From a virus (taxonomy: Duplodnaviria > Caudoviricetes), in the IMG/VR virus record IMGVR_UViG_3300036781_000714, positions 1,021-65,020 of that record: 64,000 nt of DNA. One strand, written 5' to 3'. Shown one piece after another: positions 47,896 through 56,965 of the stretch. Within the stretch, counting starts at the first letter, position 1; every line of letters starts with the position of its first letter. The translations under genes and the position numbers were made by a program. A model generated the notes under the pieces. The model saw nothing but the letters and a program-made list of their open reading frames with translations. It made no database searches and was not told where the DNA came from.

Positions 47896-48195
47896 CTAGC
47901 ACTGGGCGCCGTTGCTGTAACTGCCCGCACCGCCGCCCATCCCGCCCATCGCCTGCGCGAGTCGACTCGGTCCTGCAGGTGCTGGCTTCTTCGCACTACG
48001 CTTCGCTGCCTTCGCTCCCTTCTTCGCGCCCTTCGCTTTGCCCTTCGCTTTGCCCTTCACCTTCAACAGCTTCGGATTCTTCTTCTTCGCCGCGGGGCTC
48101 GCGTTGCGGCTCGCACTCGCGAGGATGGCGCCCGCGTTCTTCATCGGGACCCCGTCTTTCGCGGCGATCTTCTTTTGCACGGCTTGGAACGACAT
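47896..48195 (-). CDS. Lys/Ala-rich basic (histone-H1-like) protein
   Basis: AGAILASASRNASPAAKKKNPKLLKVKGKAKGKAKGAKK. Confidence 0.7.
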   Translation of the reverse strand: MSFQAVQKKIAAKDGVPMKNAGAILASASRNASPAAKKKNPKLLKVKGKAKGKAKGAKKGAKAAKRSAKKPAPAGPSRLAQAMGGMGGGAGSYSNGAQC

Positions 48196-48197
48196 GC

Positions 48198-48389
48198 TCA
48201 GCTCCAGTCGGAGGTCATCGCGCGGTACATGCGGGAGGTCTTCTTCGATGTGCCAGAGCGCTTCTTCTCGCCGAGTGTCCGGCGTTTCTTCGACTTCGCT
48301 TTCCCTTTTCTCTTCCGCGCGCGGCCGGCGCCGTAGTCATCCTCGAGCACGGGATCCGCGTTCGCGAGATTCGCTACGACGCCGGCCAT
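48198..48389 (-). CDS. Small basic protein
   Basis: RKRKGKAKSKKRR. Confidence 0.55.
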   Translation of the reverse strand: MAGVVANLANADPVLEDDYGAGRARKRKGKAKSKKRRTLGEKKRSGTSKKTSRMYRAMTSDWS

Positions 48390-48392
48390 GGC

Positions 48393-48770
48393 TCAGGCCC
48401 TCGCGTTGATTGCGAAGAGCAGGTTCTTGACGGTCGTGAAGAACAGGTAGTCCTTCACCCGTTGATCGGCGGGAAGCTGATCGAACGGCACCATGCACGG
48501 ATGCGTCTTCGCGTCGGCGTCCTTCACCTCGCCGAATACCCAACCATCTGCTTCCTTCTGCGCCATCCAACTCGCGTGCGACTGGTGGTGCTCGGTGATC
48601 TCACCGTTCACGATCTTGTTCACGCCGGTGATCGCACTGTCCTTCTGCCACTGCGGCGCTTGCTCCCACGCGACCTGCGCGGTGTCGTCGATCATCTGGC
48701 ACCAGGCGCGATTGACTTCATGCGCGGCGCGGGCGATGGGCTCGATGTCGACCGTTGTGAGTTCTGGCAT
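48393..48770 (-). CDS. RyR-domain protein
   Basis: HASWMAQKEADGWVFGEVKDADAKTHPCMVPFDQLPADQRVKD. Confidence 0.88.
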   Translation of the reverse strand: MPELTTVDIEPIARAAHEVNRAWCQMIDDTAQVAWEQAPQWQKDSAITGVNKIVNGEITEHHQSHASWMAQKEADGWVFGEVKDADAKTHPCMVPFDQLPADQRVKDYLFFTTVKNLLFAINARA

Positions 48771-48772
48771 GG

Positions 48773-49129
48773 TCAGAGCGCCTCGGCGCGACTGGCTTGG
48801 AATTCCACATCGCCTGTGACCCTCTCAAGCAAGTCCGCAGCGCGATGGAGCTGCCTCACCAAACCACTCGGAGTCCCTTCGTTCCCGTCCGTCGCGCGAT
48901 CACTCGGACTAGCGCCACCGCTGAGCGGACCGATAACGCGATCCATCTGGCCCTCAAGGTTTTGCTGCACGCCGAGCAAACGCGTCGTCACAACCGTGAT
49001 GCGTTCGATGGCGTTTTTAAGCGGACTGCCGTCGGACGGAGCAACACGAATAGACGTGTGCCCTGGCATATCGGTGTTGAAGACCCGACTGCCGATAGCT
49101 CTCGCGCCAACGTTTCCATTCCTTGCCAT
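48773..49129 (-). CDS. Hypothetical protein
   Basis: 118 aa from MARNGN. Confidence 0.55.
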   Translation of the reverse strand: MARNGNVGARAIGSRVFNTDMPGHTSIRVAPSDGSPLKNAIERITVVTTRLLGVQQNLEGQMDRVIGPLSGGASPSDRATDGNEGTPSGLVRQLHRAADLLERVTGDVEFQASRAEAL

Positions 49130-49264
49130 TGCAGTTCTCTCATGCTGGAAGTGGGATGACCTGGGATATGTCGAGCTGTCCGATAGCCATTCTGACGCGA
49201 TCCTCGCGCGACGATTCTGCTCGAATTGCTCCAAAATCGGGCGATCGGGCGCAAACACCGTGAA

Positions 49265-49489
49265 TCAGTCGAGCGGCCGCACGTTGTTCGCCTGCGGGCC
49301 TTTCGTGCCCTCGCCGATCTCGAACTCGACGCGCTGGCCGTCGCGCAACGTCTTTCGCGAGTCGCGCGATTCGATCGCGGTGAAATGGACGAAGCAGTCC
49401 TTATCGCGGGCGCCGTTGCCGTCCGGCGTGATGAAGCCGAATCCCTTCGAGTCATTGAACCACTTCACCGTGCCTTGTTGACGTGCCAT
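49265..49489 (-). CDS. csp: Cold-shock (CSD) protein
   Basis: [37 protein letters not shown]. Confidence 0.95.
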   Translation of the reverse strand: MARQQGTVKWFNDSKGFGFITPDGNGARDKDCFVHFTAIESRDSRKTLRDGQRVEFEIGEGTKGPQANNVRPLD

Positions 49490-49534
49490 CGCTGCGTGTC
49501 CTCGTATGAGTTAAGAGAAATGTGAATTGCGTGT

Positions 49535-49726
49535 TTACGCGCCAATTGCGATCGTGACCACGACGGTTTCCGGCCCGCGCTCCTTTTTGATCGTCATGGT
49601 CGTCGGTGTGATGTGTCCTGCTGCGATCATCGCCGTAGCGAGTTGGGTCGCCGTGTTCTGTGCTTCACTCGTCAGGCGCTCGCACTCGCCTATGCTCTGC
49701 GACTTCACGTGGAGGTCGATCTTCAT
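49535..49726 (-). CDS. Hypothetical protein
   Basis: MKIDLHVKSQ... Confidence 0.45.
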   Translation of the reverse strand: MKIDLHVKSQSIGECERLTSEAQNTATQLATAMIAAGHITPTTMTIKKERGPETVVVTIAIGA

Positions 49727-49745
49727 GTGGGGACCGTTAAGAGTG

Positions 49746-50207
49746 TTATGAACGTTTCGCGTACTCTTTCCAGTACAACATTGCGGGCAAGTTCTTGTCT
49801 CTGAGCCACGCTTCGCCGCAGCGTGCGCAGTTGCAGCCGACATCGTGCCCTACCACCATCGGCGCCGGAGGCCACGCCGCTTGGCGGGCGTCGTAGTCGG
49901 ACATCCCACTGCCGACGCAGACGTAGTACAGGTCCCTCCGAATGACCTCGAGGCGCTCCGCGCGATGACTACCCATTTGTCGATAGCGATCAGCGTCGAC
50001 CTCGACGGCCCGCGACGGATGCAGCGAGTCGAACGTGACGACTTCACTGGGCTGACCAGTGATGGCCTTCGCGATCTCTCGGTACTGGACATAGCTCAGT
50101 CCAACTTTTGGCTTCGGCTCGCGCCACCGGACGAGAATGAACACGATCACGGAGACGATCGCGCCGCCGACCACGGGGAACAGAAGGTCACCGCCCATGC
50201 GGCTCAT
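49746..50207 (-). CDS. Membrane-anchored hypothetical protein
   Basis: N-terminal TM; ATGA overlap. Confidence 0.55.
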   Translation of the reverse strand: MSRMGGDLLFPVVGGAIVSVIVFILVRWREPKPKVGLSYVQYREIAKAITGQPSEVVTFDSLHPSRAVEVDADRYRQMGSHRAERLEVIRRDLYYVCVGSGMSDYDARQAAWPPAPMVVGHDVGCNCARCGEAWLRDKNLPAMLYWKEYAKRS

Positions 50208-50851
50208 GCTTGTTCCTTGATCGGTAATGGGATCGGCGTGTTGTCCGCGCCGAAGACGCACACGCGACGGCCGGCGAGCCACGTGCGAAGAATGCCGAGG
50301 CCACCGACGACGTAGTGCTCGCCGCACGCCTCGGCCATGGTTTGGAATTCGCGCTGCGCAGGCGATTGAACGCCGCGCTCCATCTTGGCTTCCCACCAAA
50401 ACGACAGACGCCGCACGCGATGATAGAACTTTGAGTCCGCGACGCCCGGCGTCTGCTTAGAGGCACGCTTCTGTGAGAGGTGCACGACCTCGAATCCGAG
50501 CGCGCGCAGAAGTTTGTAGCCCGCTTGCTGGATCTCGTCCTCGAGCTTCCCGATCTCGTCGTCCGACATCTGGTCGCGCTTCAAGCGGAACGGGTGTTCG
50601 ATCGACACGGACGTGATCGTTGCGCCGCGCATTAAGGCGGTGAGCGCCGAACCATCTTCGGCGATCGCGACCTGCGCTTCTGCCCGGTCGATCATCCTGC
50701 CGAGAGCCTCACGCGGCGCGTTGTCGCCATTCTCACGCGCGATGATGCGATCCGCTGCACGTTCGGCCGACTCGCGCGACGTGCCGTACGAGCTCACCAG
50801 CCCGTTCACAATTTGCTCACGACGTGAGAGTTCTAACACGCGCTCACCCAC
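50204..50851 (-). CDS. VRR-NUC family nuclease
   Basis: PGVAD...WWEAK..GVQSPAQREF. Confidence 0.8.
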   Translation of the reverse strand: MGERVLELSRREQIVNGLVSSYGTSRESAERAADRIIARENGDNAPREALGRMIDRAEAQVAIAEDGSALTALMRGATITSVSIEHPFRLKRDQMSDDEIGKLEDEIQQAGYKLLRALGFEVVHLSQKRASKQTPGVADSKFYHRVRRLSFWWEAKMERGVQSPAQREFQTMAEACGEHYVVGGLGILRTWLAGRRVCVFGADNTPIPLPIKEQA

Positions 50852-51134
50852 GTCTCAGCACCCCTGACTTATTCGTTGGGTTCGGGCCGCGTTTCGAATG
50901 CGCCCCTTTGCGCGGTGCCGGATCCGGCTCGGGGTGATGCGCGATCGCGTTCAAGCAGCGCCGATTATCACACTGCTCTAATACCTGCCCGTACTCGCCC
51001 GTTGGGAATCGCAGTGTACCCGTGCCACACTTGGGACACGGATGCACGCGCGGCCCGCTATCGCTCGCGTTCGAGAACGAGCCTTCGAGTGCCCGCGCCA
51101 CAGCGGGCGATGCGCCGCGCCGGGCACCACTCAC
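50844..51134 (-). CDS. Zn-ribbon protein
   Basis: CPKCG...CDNRRC. Confidence 0.55.
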   Translation of the reverse strand: MSGARRGASPAVARALEGSFSNASDSGPRVHPCPKCGTGTLRFPTGEYGQVLEQCDNRRCLNAIAHHPEPDPAPRKGAHSKRGPNPTNKSGVLRRG

Positions 51135-51565
51135 GCCGGTGTAGCAGCTATCGCAGCGTCAACGTTCAGGGCGATCGCGAGCAGGCTGTCGAGATGCGTG
51201 ATCTCGAGATAGGTGCGCAGATCCTCGTTCAGTCCGCACAGCACAAGCTTCGCGCCGGCCTCGCGGCACTTTTTGTTGAGCGACACCAGCACGCCGAGCG
51301 CAGACGAGTCGACGTAGCCGCACTGCACGAAGTCGAGCACGATGATCTTCACGCCTTCGGCGAGTGCGTCGATCACCCGATGCTTGAGCAATTGGCGATT
51401 CGTCATGCTCAGATCGTGCGGCATCGCGTACACCGCCGCGCCCCGGTCACACGTGCACGGAAATACCTGCGCCTCGAGCGATTGCTGCGCGCGTTGATGC
51501 AACTCGTACGCATCAACCGGCGTCGACTGTGAGGCGAGCGTGGCCGTCGTGGTCGTCGGAATCAT
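51131..51565 (-). CDS. STAS-domain anti-sigma-factor antagonist
   Basis: IVLDFVQCGYVDSSALGVLVSL..GAKLVLCGLNEDLRTYLEITHLD. Confidence 0.88.
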   Translation of the reverse strand: MIPTTTTATLASQSTPVDAYELHQRAQQSLEAQVFPCTCDRGAAVYAMPHDLSMTNRQLLKHRVIDALAEGVKIIVLDFVQCGYVDSSALGVLVSLNKKCREAGAKLVLCGLNEDLRTYLEITHLDSLLAIALNVDAAIAATPA

Positions 51566-51728
51566 CGTGCCGACCTGATCATGAGCGAATTGTGATGGAT
51601 CGTGCAGGCGGGAAGTGCCGTGCCGTGCTTTTACGTTCTTGACGTCGCTTAACCGAGAGACAGTGTAACACCCGGTTTCGGTACAGTTTCGGGTGTGACT
51701 GCTGTGTAATCGATGTGTTAGAGAACGA

Positions 51729-53231
51729 TCACACCGCTGCGGCCGCGCGCGCCGCTTTCTCCGATTGCCAGTTCTCGAAACTCGGGAAGCCGCACCGATC
51801 GGCGCTCAGCTTCTGCACCTCGGCGCTGATCGCCCGGCCGATGAACGACGAGCTCCGGTCGTACCCGTCGTAGCGCGCTTCGACCTCGCGGACGATTCCG
51901 CGCAGTTCGAGTTCGTTGGCTTCGCCCCACGCGATCGCCGCGGCGCGGCGCTCGTGGTCGTACTCGGATTCCGCCGCGCGCTCTGCGCGCTCGAGCTCCT
52001 GCTGCACCACGCTTGAGATGGCGCGTGGTGCACCGCCGCGGTTCTCGCTCGACGCCAACCCGATGCTGCCGGCGATCTGGCGTGCGCCTGCATCGAACGC
52101 TTTCTGCTCAGCGTCGCGAAACGCGTCGAAGATCGGCTCGCGGAAATACCCGATGGCTTTCATCGGCGCCGACAACTTCGAGGCTTTGCAGACACTCACG
52201 ATCGTGCGTCGCGCGAGATCGATCGGGACACCCGCGGTGATCAATTCGCTCGCCAGTGCGGACGAGGCGCCGTAGTTGATCGGGTGGATCTGCTCGCCCC
52301 ATTTGTCTTCGATGCCCATGTTCGCGGCGCTGGTGATGGCGAGCGCGAATTGGCGGATTTCCTCAGCGCGTTTTTCGTCCGGCTTTTCGTCAGCAACAGC
52401 AGCGGCTTTTTCGATCAGCGGACCTACAGAGATGCTTGCTGTTGCTGTATGAACTTTATCTTGAGAAATACTAGTACTACTGTCTTTCATGTCTTTAGGA
52501 CGCTGCAATGTCTCATCGAATAAAGACTTACGCTCGATATAGTGGCCCGGTGTCGGGGCACTAAGTGGCCCGGTGTCGGGGCACTCACTTTTTTCGGCCT
52601 TCTCAGGAGTGCCCTGGTATTGGGGCACTGGCAGTGCCCTGGTATTGGGGCACTGATCTTCGGCGTCGTCGTCAAACTCTTCTATAGAAGTAGTGCCCTG
52701 ATGTTGGGGCACTTCGTCGATCTCGTATTCGTCCTCCTCGTCCGCCATTTCTTCGGCGTATTGCCGCGCTTGCGCTGCGCGTTTGCGACGCTGCTCTTCC
52801 ATATGCTCGGCCTTCGCCACCTTGAACGCCGTGTCGTCGTGCTCTGGTCGATCGCTGAAATACGCGGACAATCGACCAGTGGGCATGCTGTATTTGCCCC
52901 ACTGCGTGTAGTCCTTTTGCATGCCCCACAGTGGGCGCTTCACGCCGCGAGAACGACCAAACGCGAAGATCACTCCCTCCTTCAGCAGGAGGTCGAGATC
53001 GTCGCGTGCAGCGCCCCCTGAACGCCGCGCATCGGGACCAGGACCGAGTCCAGAGATCTCGAGAAGCTGGGGCGCCGACATGCGCACGCTGCGGCGATTC
53101 CACCCATAGGTTAGCCGCATGAGCGTCCACAGAATTCGATCCTGACGGGCACTGAATCCCGCACCGATCATCGCTTCGGCGAGTCGGTTTGCGACCTTCA
53201 TATGACCCTTCGCAAGCTGAACGTCTTCCAC
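51729..53231 (-). CDS. Replication initiator (lambda O-like N-terminus)
   Basis: GHMKVANRLAEA..FSARQDRILWTLMRLTYGWN...QKDYTQW; internal iterons. Confidence 0.85.
   Translation of the reverse strand: MEDVQLAKGHMKVANRLAEAMIGAGFSARQDRILWTLMRLTYGWNRRSVRMSAPQLLEISGLGPGPDARRSGGAARDDLDLLLKEGVIFAFGRSRGVKRPLWGMQKDYTQWGKYSMPTGRLSAYFSDRPEHDDTAFKVAKAEHMEEQRRKRAAQARQYAEEMADEEDEYEIDEVPQHQGTTSIEEFDDDAEDQCPNTRALPVPQYQGTPEKAEKSECPDTGPLSAPTPGHYIERKSLFDETLQRPKDMKDSSTSISQDKVHTATASISVGPLIEKAAAVADEKPDEKRAEEIRQFALAITSAANMGIEDKWGEQIHPINYGASSALASELITAGVPIDLARRTIVSVCKASKLSAPMKAIGYFREPIFDAFRDAEQKAFDAGARQIAGSIGLASSENRGGAPRAISSVVQQELERAERAAESEYDHERRAAAIAWGEANELELRGIVREVEARYDGYDRSSSFIGRAISAEVQKLSADRCGFPSFENWQSEKAARAAAAV
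52440..52713. repeat. Replication origin: five 22-bp quasi-palindromic iterons plus AT-rich flank
   Basis: AGTGSCC-N8-GGGCACT at 52541, 52564, 52608, 52633, 52692; AT-rich 52440-52530. Confidence 0.85.
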
Positions 53232-53480
53232 CTACAGCCCCCTCGCGAGCGCGAGCTTCCCTGGGTCGGTTGCACTAAATACTTGGCCGAGCGACGAAGG
53301 ATCGGCATCGCGTCGTCCGACGTATCCCATCGCCTCGAGTTCACGGAGAATGCGAAGCACGTTCACCACGTCGATATGAGCGTCAGCAGCAATCCACTGC
53401 GGACCGACGGGCACACCAGCGTTGATAACGGAGGTCAGCACCGTTCGCTGGCTGAACCGCATCACCGTTGATTCACTCAC
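53232..53480 (-). CDS. Small winged-helix protein
   Basis: WIAADAHIDVVNVLRILRELEAMGYV. Confidence 0.6.
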   Translation of the reverse strand: MSESTVMRFSQRTVLTSVINAGVPVGPQWIAADAHIDVVNVLRILRELEAMGYVGRRDADPSSLGQVFSATDPGKLALARGL

Positions 53481-54081
53481 GACGCGTCTCCTCTGGAAAA
53501 CGTGCTATCAGCGCCGCGCGCCAGTCTGCCCAGCGCACGATCATCGCGTTCGCGAGCCGCAACCATTCCTCGCGGGTATGACCGCTCCGCTCAACGAGCC
53601 CAGAGAAATCGCCTTCATGCTCGTTGTCTAACGCCCCGAGTCTGCCGTCGTACCCATCGGTTGGGTAACTGAACGACGCATAGAGGTCGTTGAAATCCCA
53701 CGGACCCGGCGCGAGTCCGAAAATGCCTTGATTGGCTTTGAAGCCGCTGAGGTCCGATTCAGGGGCCACCGCGACGAGTTTCACGTGTGCAGATATGTCG
53801 TCGTGCGACTCGACCTTGGTCTTCTCGTCGAAGGATATGCCGATGTCAGCGCCTGTTCGCGCCGTGCTGAACACTCGATCCACACGCACCGCGAAGTTCT
53901 CGTGGCAACGGTCGCAGGTGAATTCACAGTCGAACGCCATGTCCTCGAGATCGCGGCCGTGCGTATGCACGAAATGACAGAAGGGACATTCCGCTTCATC
54001 GAAGCGCGCGAAGACCTTTGGCTCACTCACGTCGGGAGTCCTCGGGAGATAGCGCGTCATGAAGCTCTTCGCTGATGGCAT
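53473..54081 (-). CDS. Zn-finger hypothetical protein
   Basis: CPFC...CDRC. Confidence 0.6.
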   Translation of the reverse strand: MPSAKSFMTRYLPRTPDVSEPKVFARFDEAECPFCHFVHTHGRDLEDMAFDCEFTCDRCHENFAVRVDRVFSTARTGADIGISFDEKTKVESHDDISAHVKLVAVAPESDLSGFKANQGIFGLAPGPWDFNDLYASFSYPTDGYDGRLGALDNEHEGDFSGLVERSGHTREEWLRLANAMIVRWADWRAALIARFPEETRRE

Positions 54082-54298
54082 TCGTGCGCGCTTCGAGCCG
54101 TAGCGTCCAGTTGTAGACTAGGCGTTTCGCGGCGATGAATTCCTCGTCCTCGATCCCGTATTCCGGCGAGCCGAGTTGATTCGGCGTGATGTCGGATAGT
54201 AGCGAACGAATCACGCGTACCTTCGCGAGATTCGTGTGGACGATGTAGACCTCCTCGTCGCGCGGAAACTGGCGCCGATCGATCGGTTCACTGGCCAT
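54023..54298 (-). CDS. Hypothetical protein
   Basis: MASEPID...; GAGG RBS. Confidence 0.55.
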   Translation of the reverse strand: MASEPIDRRQFPRDEEVYIVHTNLAKVRVIRSLLSDITPNQLGSPEYGIEDEEFIAAKRLVYNWTLRLEARTNAISEELHDALSPEDSRRE

Positions 54299-54476
54299 GT
54301 CGATCCTCGGCGGGGAACATCGGGCCCGGAATAGCAAGCGATTCAACGAATGCAGCGATCCGCTTCGCTTCGAGCATGGTCAAATCCAGAGGCAGAACTA
54401 CCTGCGCGAGGAAGCCAGGGCGTAGTGGAAAATCATAGGCCATTCCCTTAACAGCAGGCAACAGTTCACTGGCCAT
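54288..54476 (-). CDS. Small phage protein
   Basis: YDFPLRP..AQVVLPLDLTMLEAKRIAAFVESL; GGAGG RBS. Confidence 0.6.
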   Translation of the reverse strand: MASELLPAVKGMAYDFPLRPGFLAQVVLPLDLTMLEAKRIAAFVESLAIPGPMFPAEDRHGQ

Positions 54477-54783
54477 CGGGTGCTCCTCCGAGAGAACGGG
54501 CGGCCAACATGTATAGAATTGTCGAATTTCTCGACACGTCGCGCGGATATGTATAGACCGCGGGTTCACTTCCCATCGGCGTCTCCGAGAGAGCGGGTGG
54601 CGGCACAATTTTCTTCGTGATATACCAACCCATCGGAGGAATACACGTCGTCGCCACCACATTCAGAGCATCGGTGAAACGTGGCGGTGGCATACTCGCA
54701 CGACCCCTCGTGAAATCCGTTCGGCCAGCCGAGACATCCCGGATCACCAGACAACGCGCAGACCTCTATCTCGAATGGTTCGA

Positions 54784-55506
54784 TCATTTTGGATCCTGCG
54801 TAGGCCAACCCTGAGTCAACCCACGCTTGTAGTTATCCATTGCGGCTTCATAGCCCCGCGTGAACGCGTTGTGCGCATGGTCCTTTCGCTGTTCAAGCTC
54901 TAACAATGCCCGCAACTCCCTGTTCTCCTGTCGCATCGCTTCGAGCGAGGCCCGGAGCCGTGCTTGGTCTTGCTTCAGGGCCTCGTGCTCTTCGCGGAGA
55001 CGCGAGAGTTCAACCTGTTGACGGAGGAGCGTCGCGCACAGCTTGACATACTTTCCGCCGCGCTCGTTCCATGGCCCCCGCGAAAATCGGACGACTTCGC
55101 GCGCCATGTCGAGCACGTCCTCAATGTCGATCGCGATGTCCTTGGTGAGTTCTTCGTCCTGCGTTGGGAGAACGGGAGCGGGGGACGCTGCTTGCGAGTC
55201 GACATCTTCGCCGATCAGCTTGCAACAGAGCGCAACGCATTCGCTGCAAATCCGCGTGTTCGGGCCTTGCACGAGATGCGCGACTTGATCCTTGGCCTTG
55301 CCGCAGAAGTGACATCGGACAGTCGGCGTTTCGGGTGTCGGCGCGGACGACACGAACGTTCCACCGTGCGCGCACATGGCGCCGTGTGATTTCCCGTTCG
55401 GACAGCAGGTCATCGAGTACTGATAGCTTCTCTGCGCGACGCAGGATTCGCAGCCGCACGGTGCTGGCACGGCGGCTTCCCCGTGGGGATGAAGGGAATC
55501 AGTCAT
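54784..55506 (-). CDS. ClpX-type C4 zinc-finger protein with coiled coil
   Basis: CHFCGKAKDQVAHLVQGPNTRICSECVALC. Confidence 0.8.
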   Translation of the reverse strand: MTDSLHPHGEAAVPAPCGCESCVAQRSYQYSMTCCPNGKSHGAMCAHGGTFVSSAPTPETPTVRCHFCGKAKDQVAHLVQGPNTRICSECVALCCKLIGEDVDSQAASPAPVLPTQDEELTKDIAIDIEDVLDMAREVVRFSRGPWNERGGKYVKLCATLLRQQVELSRLREEHEALKQDQARLRASLEAMRQENRELRALLELEQRKDHAHNAFTRGYEAAMDNYKRGLTQGWPTQDPK

Positions 55507-55709
55507 CGCCTGCTCCAGCGTTTCGCGTGCTTCCGTTTCTTGCGTCGAGCTTCAACCGCGCTATTGCGACCTTTGTTATTCCCGCCGTGGCGAAAATGGC
55601 CGCCATCAGCCCGAGGCGCACCCGGTAGACTCTCACCGCGAGGTGATTCGCCTGGCGCAGACGCCATGATCGCGCCGAGTGCTCCAATCATCGCGAGTTG
55701 GTTTCTCAC
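55503..55709 (-). CDS. Small basic protein
   Basis: Coupled ORF; RRKKRKHAKR tail. Confidence 0.5.
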   Translation of the reverse strand: MRNQLAMIGALGAIMASAPGESPRGESLPGAPRADGGHFRHGGNNKGRNSAVEARRKKRKHAKRWSRR

Positions 55710-56017
55710 GGCGTCGTCCCTCCCGAAGGGGAATGCGACGATCTCCCCGCGCGAATTTCCCGCGCGTCCTCCATAACCTTCAGCATGAGCTTCTGGGGCA
55801 TCGGCGCTTCGCCATCGAGATATTCGATCATCGCGTCCTCAAACTCAGTGCTGAGTGGTGCTTCGTTCGGGTGCGCGCGGTTCCAGCGTTGGTAGGTCTC
55901 GCGGTCGATGATGAGTTGCTTCCGCATCGTCGTCAGCTTCCGGACGATGCGATCACGCGCCTTCAGCTCGCCGACGTTCATCGCTTCGCGCAGTGGCATC
56001 AGCCATAGATCGCTCAT
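55706..56017 (-). CDS. Hypothetical protein
   Basis: 103 aa; coupled ORF. Confidence 0.55.
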   Translation of the reverse strand: MSDLWLMPLREAMNVGELKARDRIVRKLTTMRKQLIIDRETYQRWNRAHPNEAPLSTEFEDAMIEYLDGEAPMPQKLMLKVMEDAREIRAGRSSHSPSGGTTP

Positions 56018-56379
56018 GGTTCGTCAGCTCCCGGAGTAGCGGGGCGAGATGATGGATAGGACGACGCGTGCAATTTGCTCGCGCTATCGCCTGGGTCGAT
56101 GCCGTAGAGCACGGGCACGGATTCGCTGAGATGCTCGACACCCATTACGCACAGCCCAGACGGAAGCCCGAAGATCGAATCGAGCAGATACATCACACGC
56201 ATCCGCTGCACATAGCCCGTCGCTCTGCCACGATCAGTCGGATCCCACTCGACGAGACGCAGGATGTCACCAACCGCGAAGTCGCGATCATTCACGCGGA
56301 CTTCAAATCGCTTCACACGGGATGCGAGTGCGGCGAATTGGCTCGGCCATGTCTTGAGCATGTGTTCGCGTTCACTCAC
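56014..56379 (-). CDS. ASCH/PUA (DUF3850-like) protein
   Basis: HMLKTWPSQF...KRFEVRVNDRDFAVGDILRLVEWD. Confidence 0.8.
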   Translation of the reverse strand: MSEREHMLKTWPSQFAALASRVKRFEVRVNDRDFAVGDILRLVEWDPTDRGRATGYVQRMRVMYLLDSIFGLPSGLCVMGVEHLSESVPVLYGIDPGDSASKLHASSYPSSRPATPGADEP

Positions 56380-56965
56380 GGGGATCTCCGGAGAGGGGAA
56401 CGGCGGCGTTTTCGCATGGACGCTGAGAGATGTTGAACGCAGCGGGAATGTCGTGGCCGTGCTGAGGCAATCCCGCTTCGCCGCACGCGACACACCAAGT
56501 CTTGCGGTCTGCTAGCGCGCGCTCGATACATTCACGCGCCGTCGTCTCGCAATAACTCTCGCCCGTGAGTCCATCTTCAAGCGAGATGAAACCGCGCGTG
56601 TAAGCGGGCCTGAGTTGCGTACCCGGCGCCTCAAACAACGCCATGACCTGTTTCAGTCGTTCCTGCTCGGCGTGCAGGGCGCGGGACCGGGACACCAGCG
56701 ACCGTATCACCGTCGGCTCCTCTAAGAGATCGTTAATATACCGATCCTTAAGTGCCTGGGCGAGCGGAAAGGCCGCGTCCCCACGGTCTGACGTGGCTTC
56801 GATCTTCAGCGCTTCGTTGCGCGAGTAGATGCCCGCGCGCAGCAGCTCAGGCGTGTAACCGCCGCGACTGTGCTTCCACCAGCCGTAAGGCCGGTACAGC
56901 ACAACCCATTGTTCCTGGTTTTCGCCTGGGACGGCGGAGGAGGGAACGGCGGTGGGGTTAGACAT
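56372..56965 (-). CDS. Hypothetical protein
   Basis: GYTPELLRAGIYSRNEA motif. Confidence 0.6.
   Translation of the reverse strand: MSNPTAVPSSAVPGENQEQWVVLYRPYGWWKHSRGGYTPELLRAGIYSRNEALKIEATSDRGDAAFPLAQALKDRYINDLLEEPTVIRSLVSRSRALHAEQERLKQVMALFEAPGTQLRPAYTRGFISLEDGLTGESYCETTARECIERALADRKTWCVACGEAGLPQHGHDIPAAFNISQRPCENAAVPLSGDPRE

Noticed and set aside
47979-49481. 500-aa plus-strand ORF and similar long plus-strand ORFs across the late region
   Set aside because: Antisense to well-supported minus-strand genes; expected in high-GC DNA
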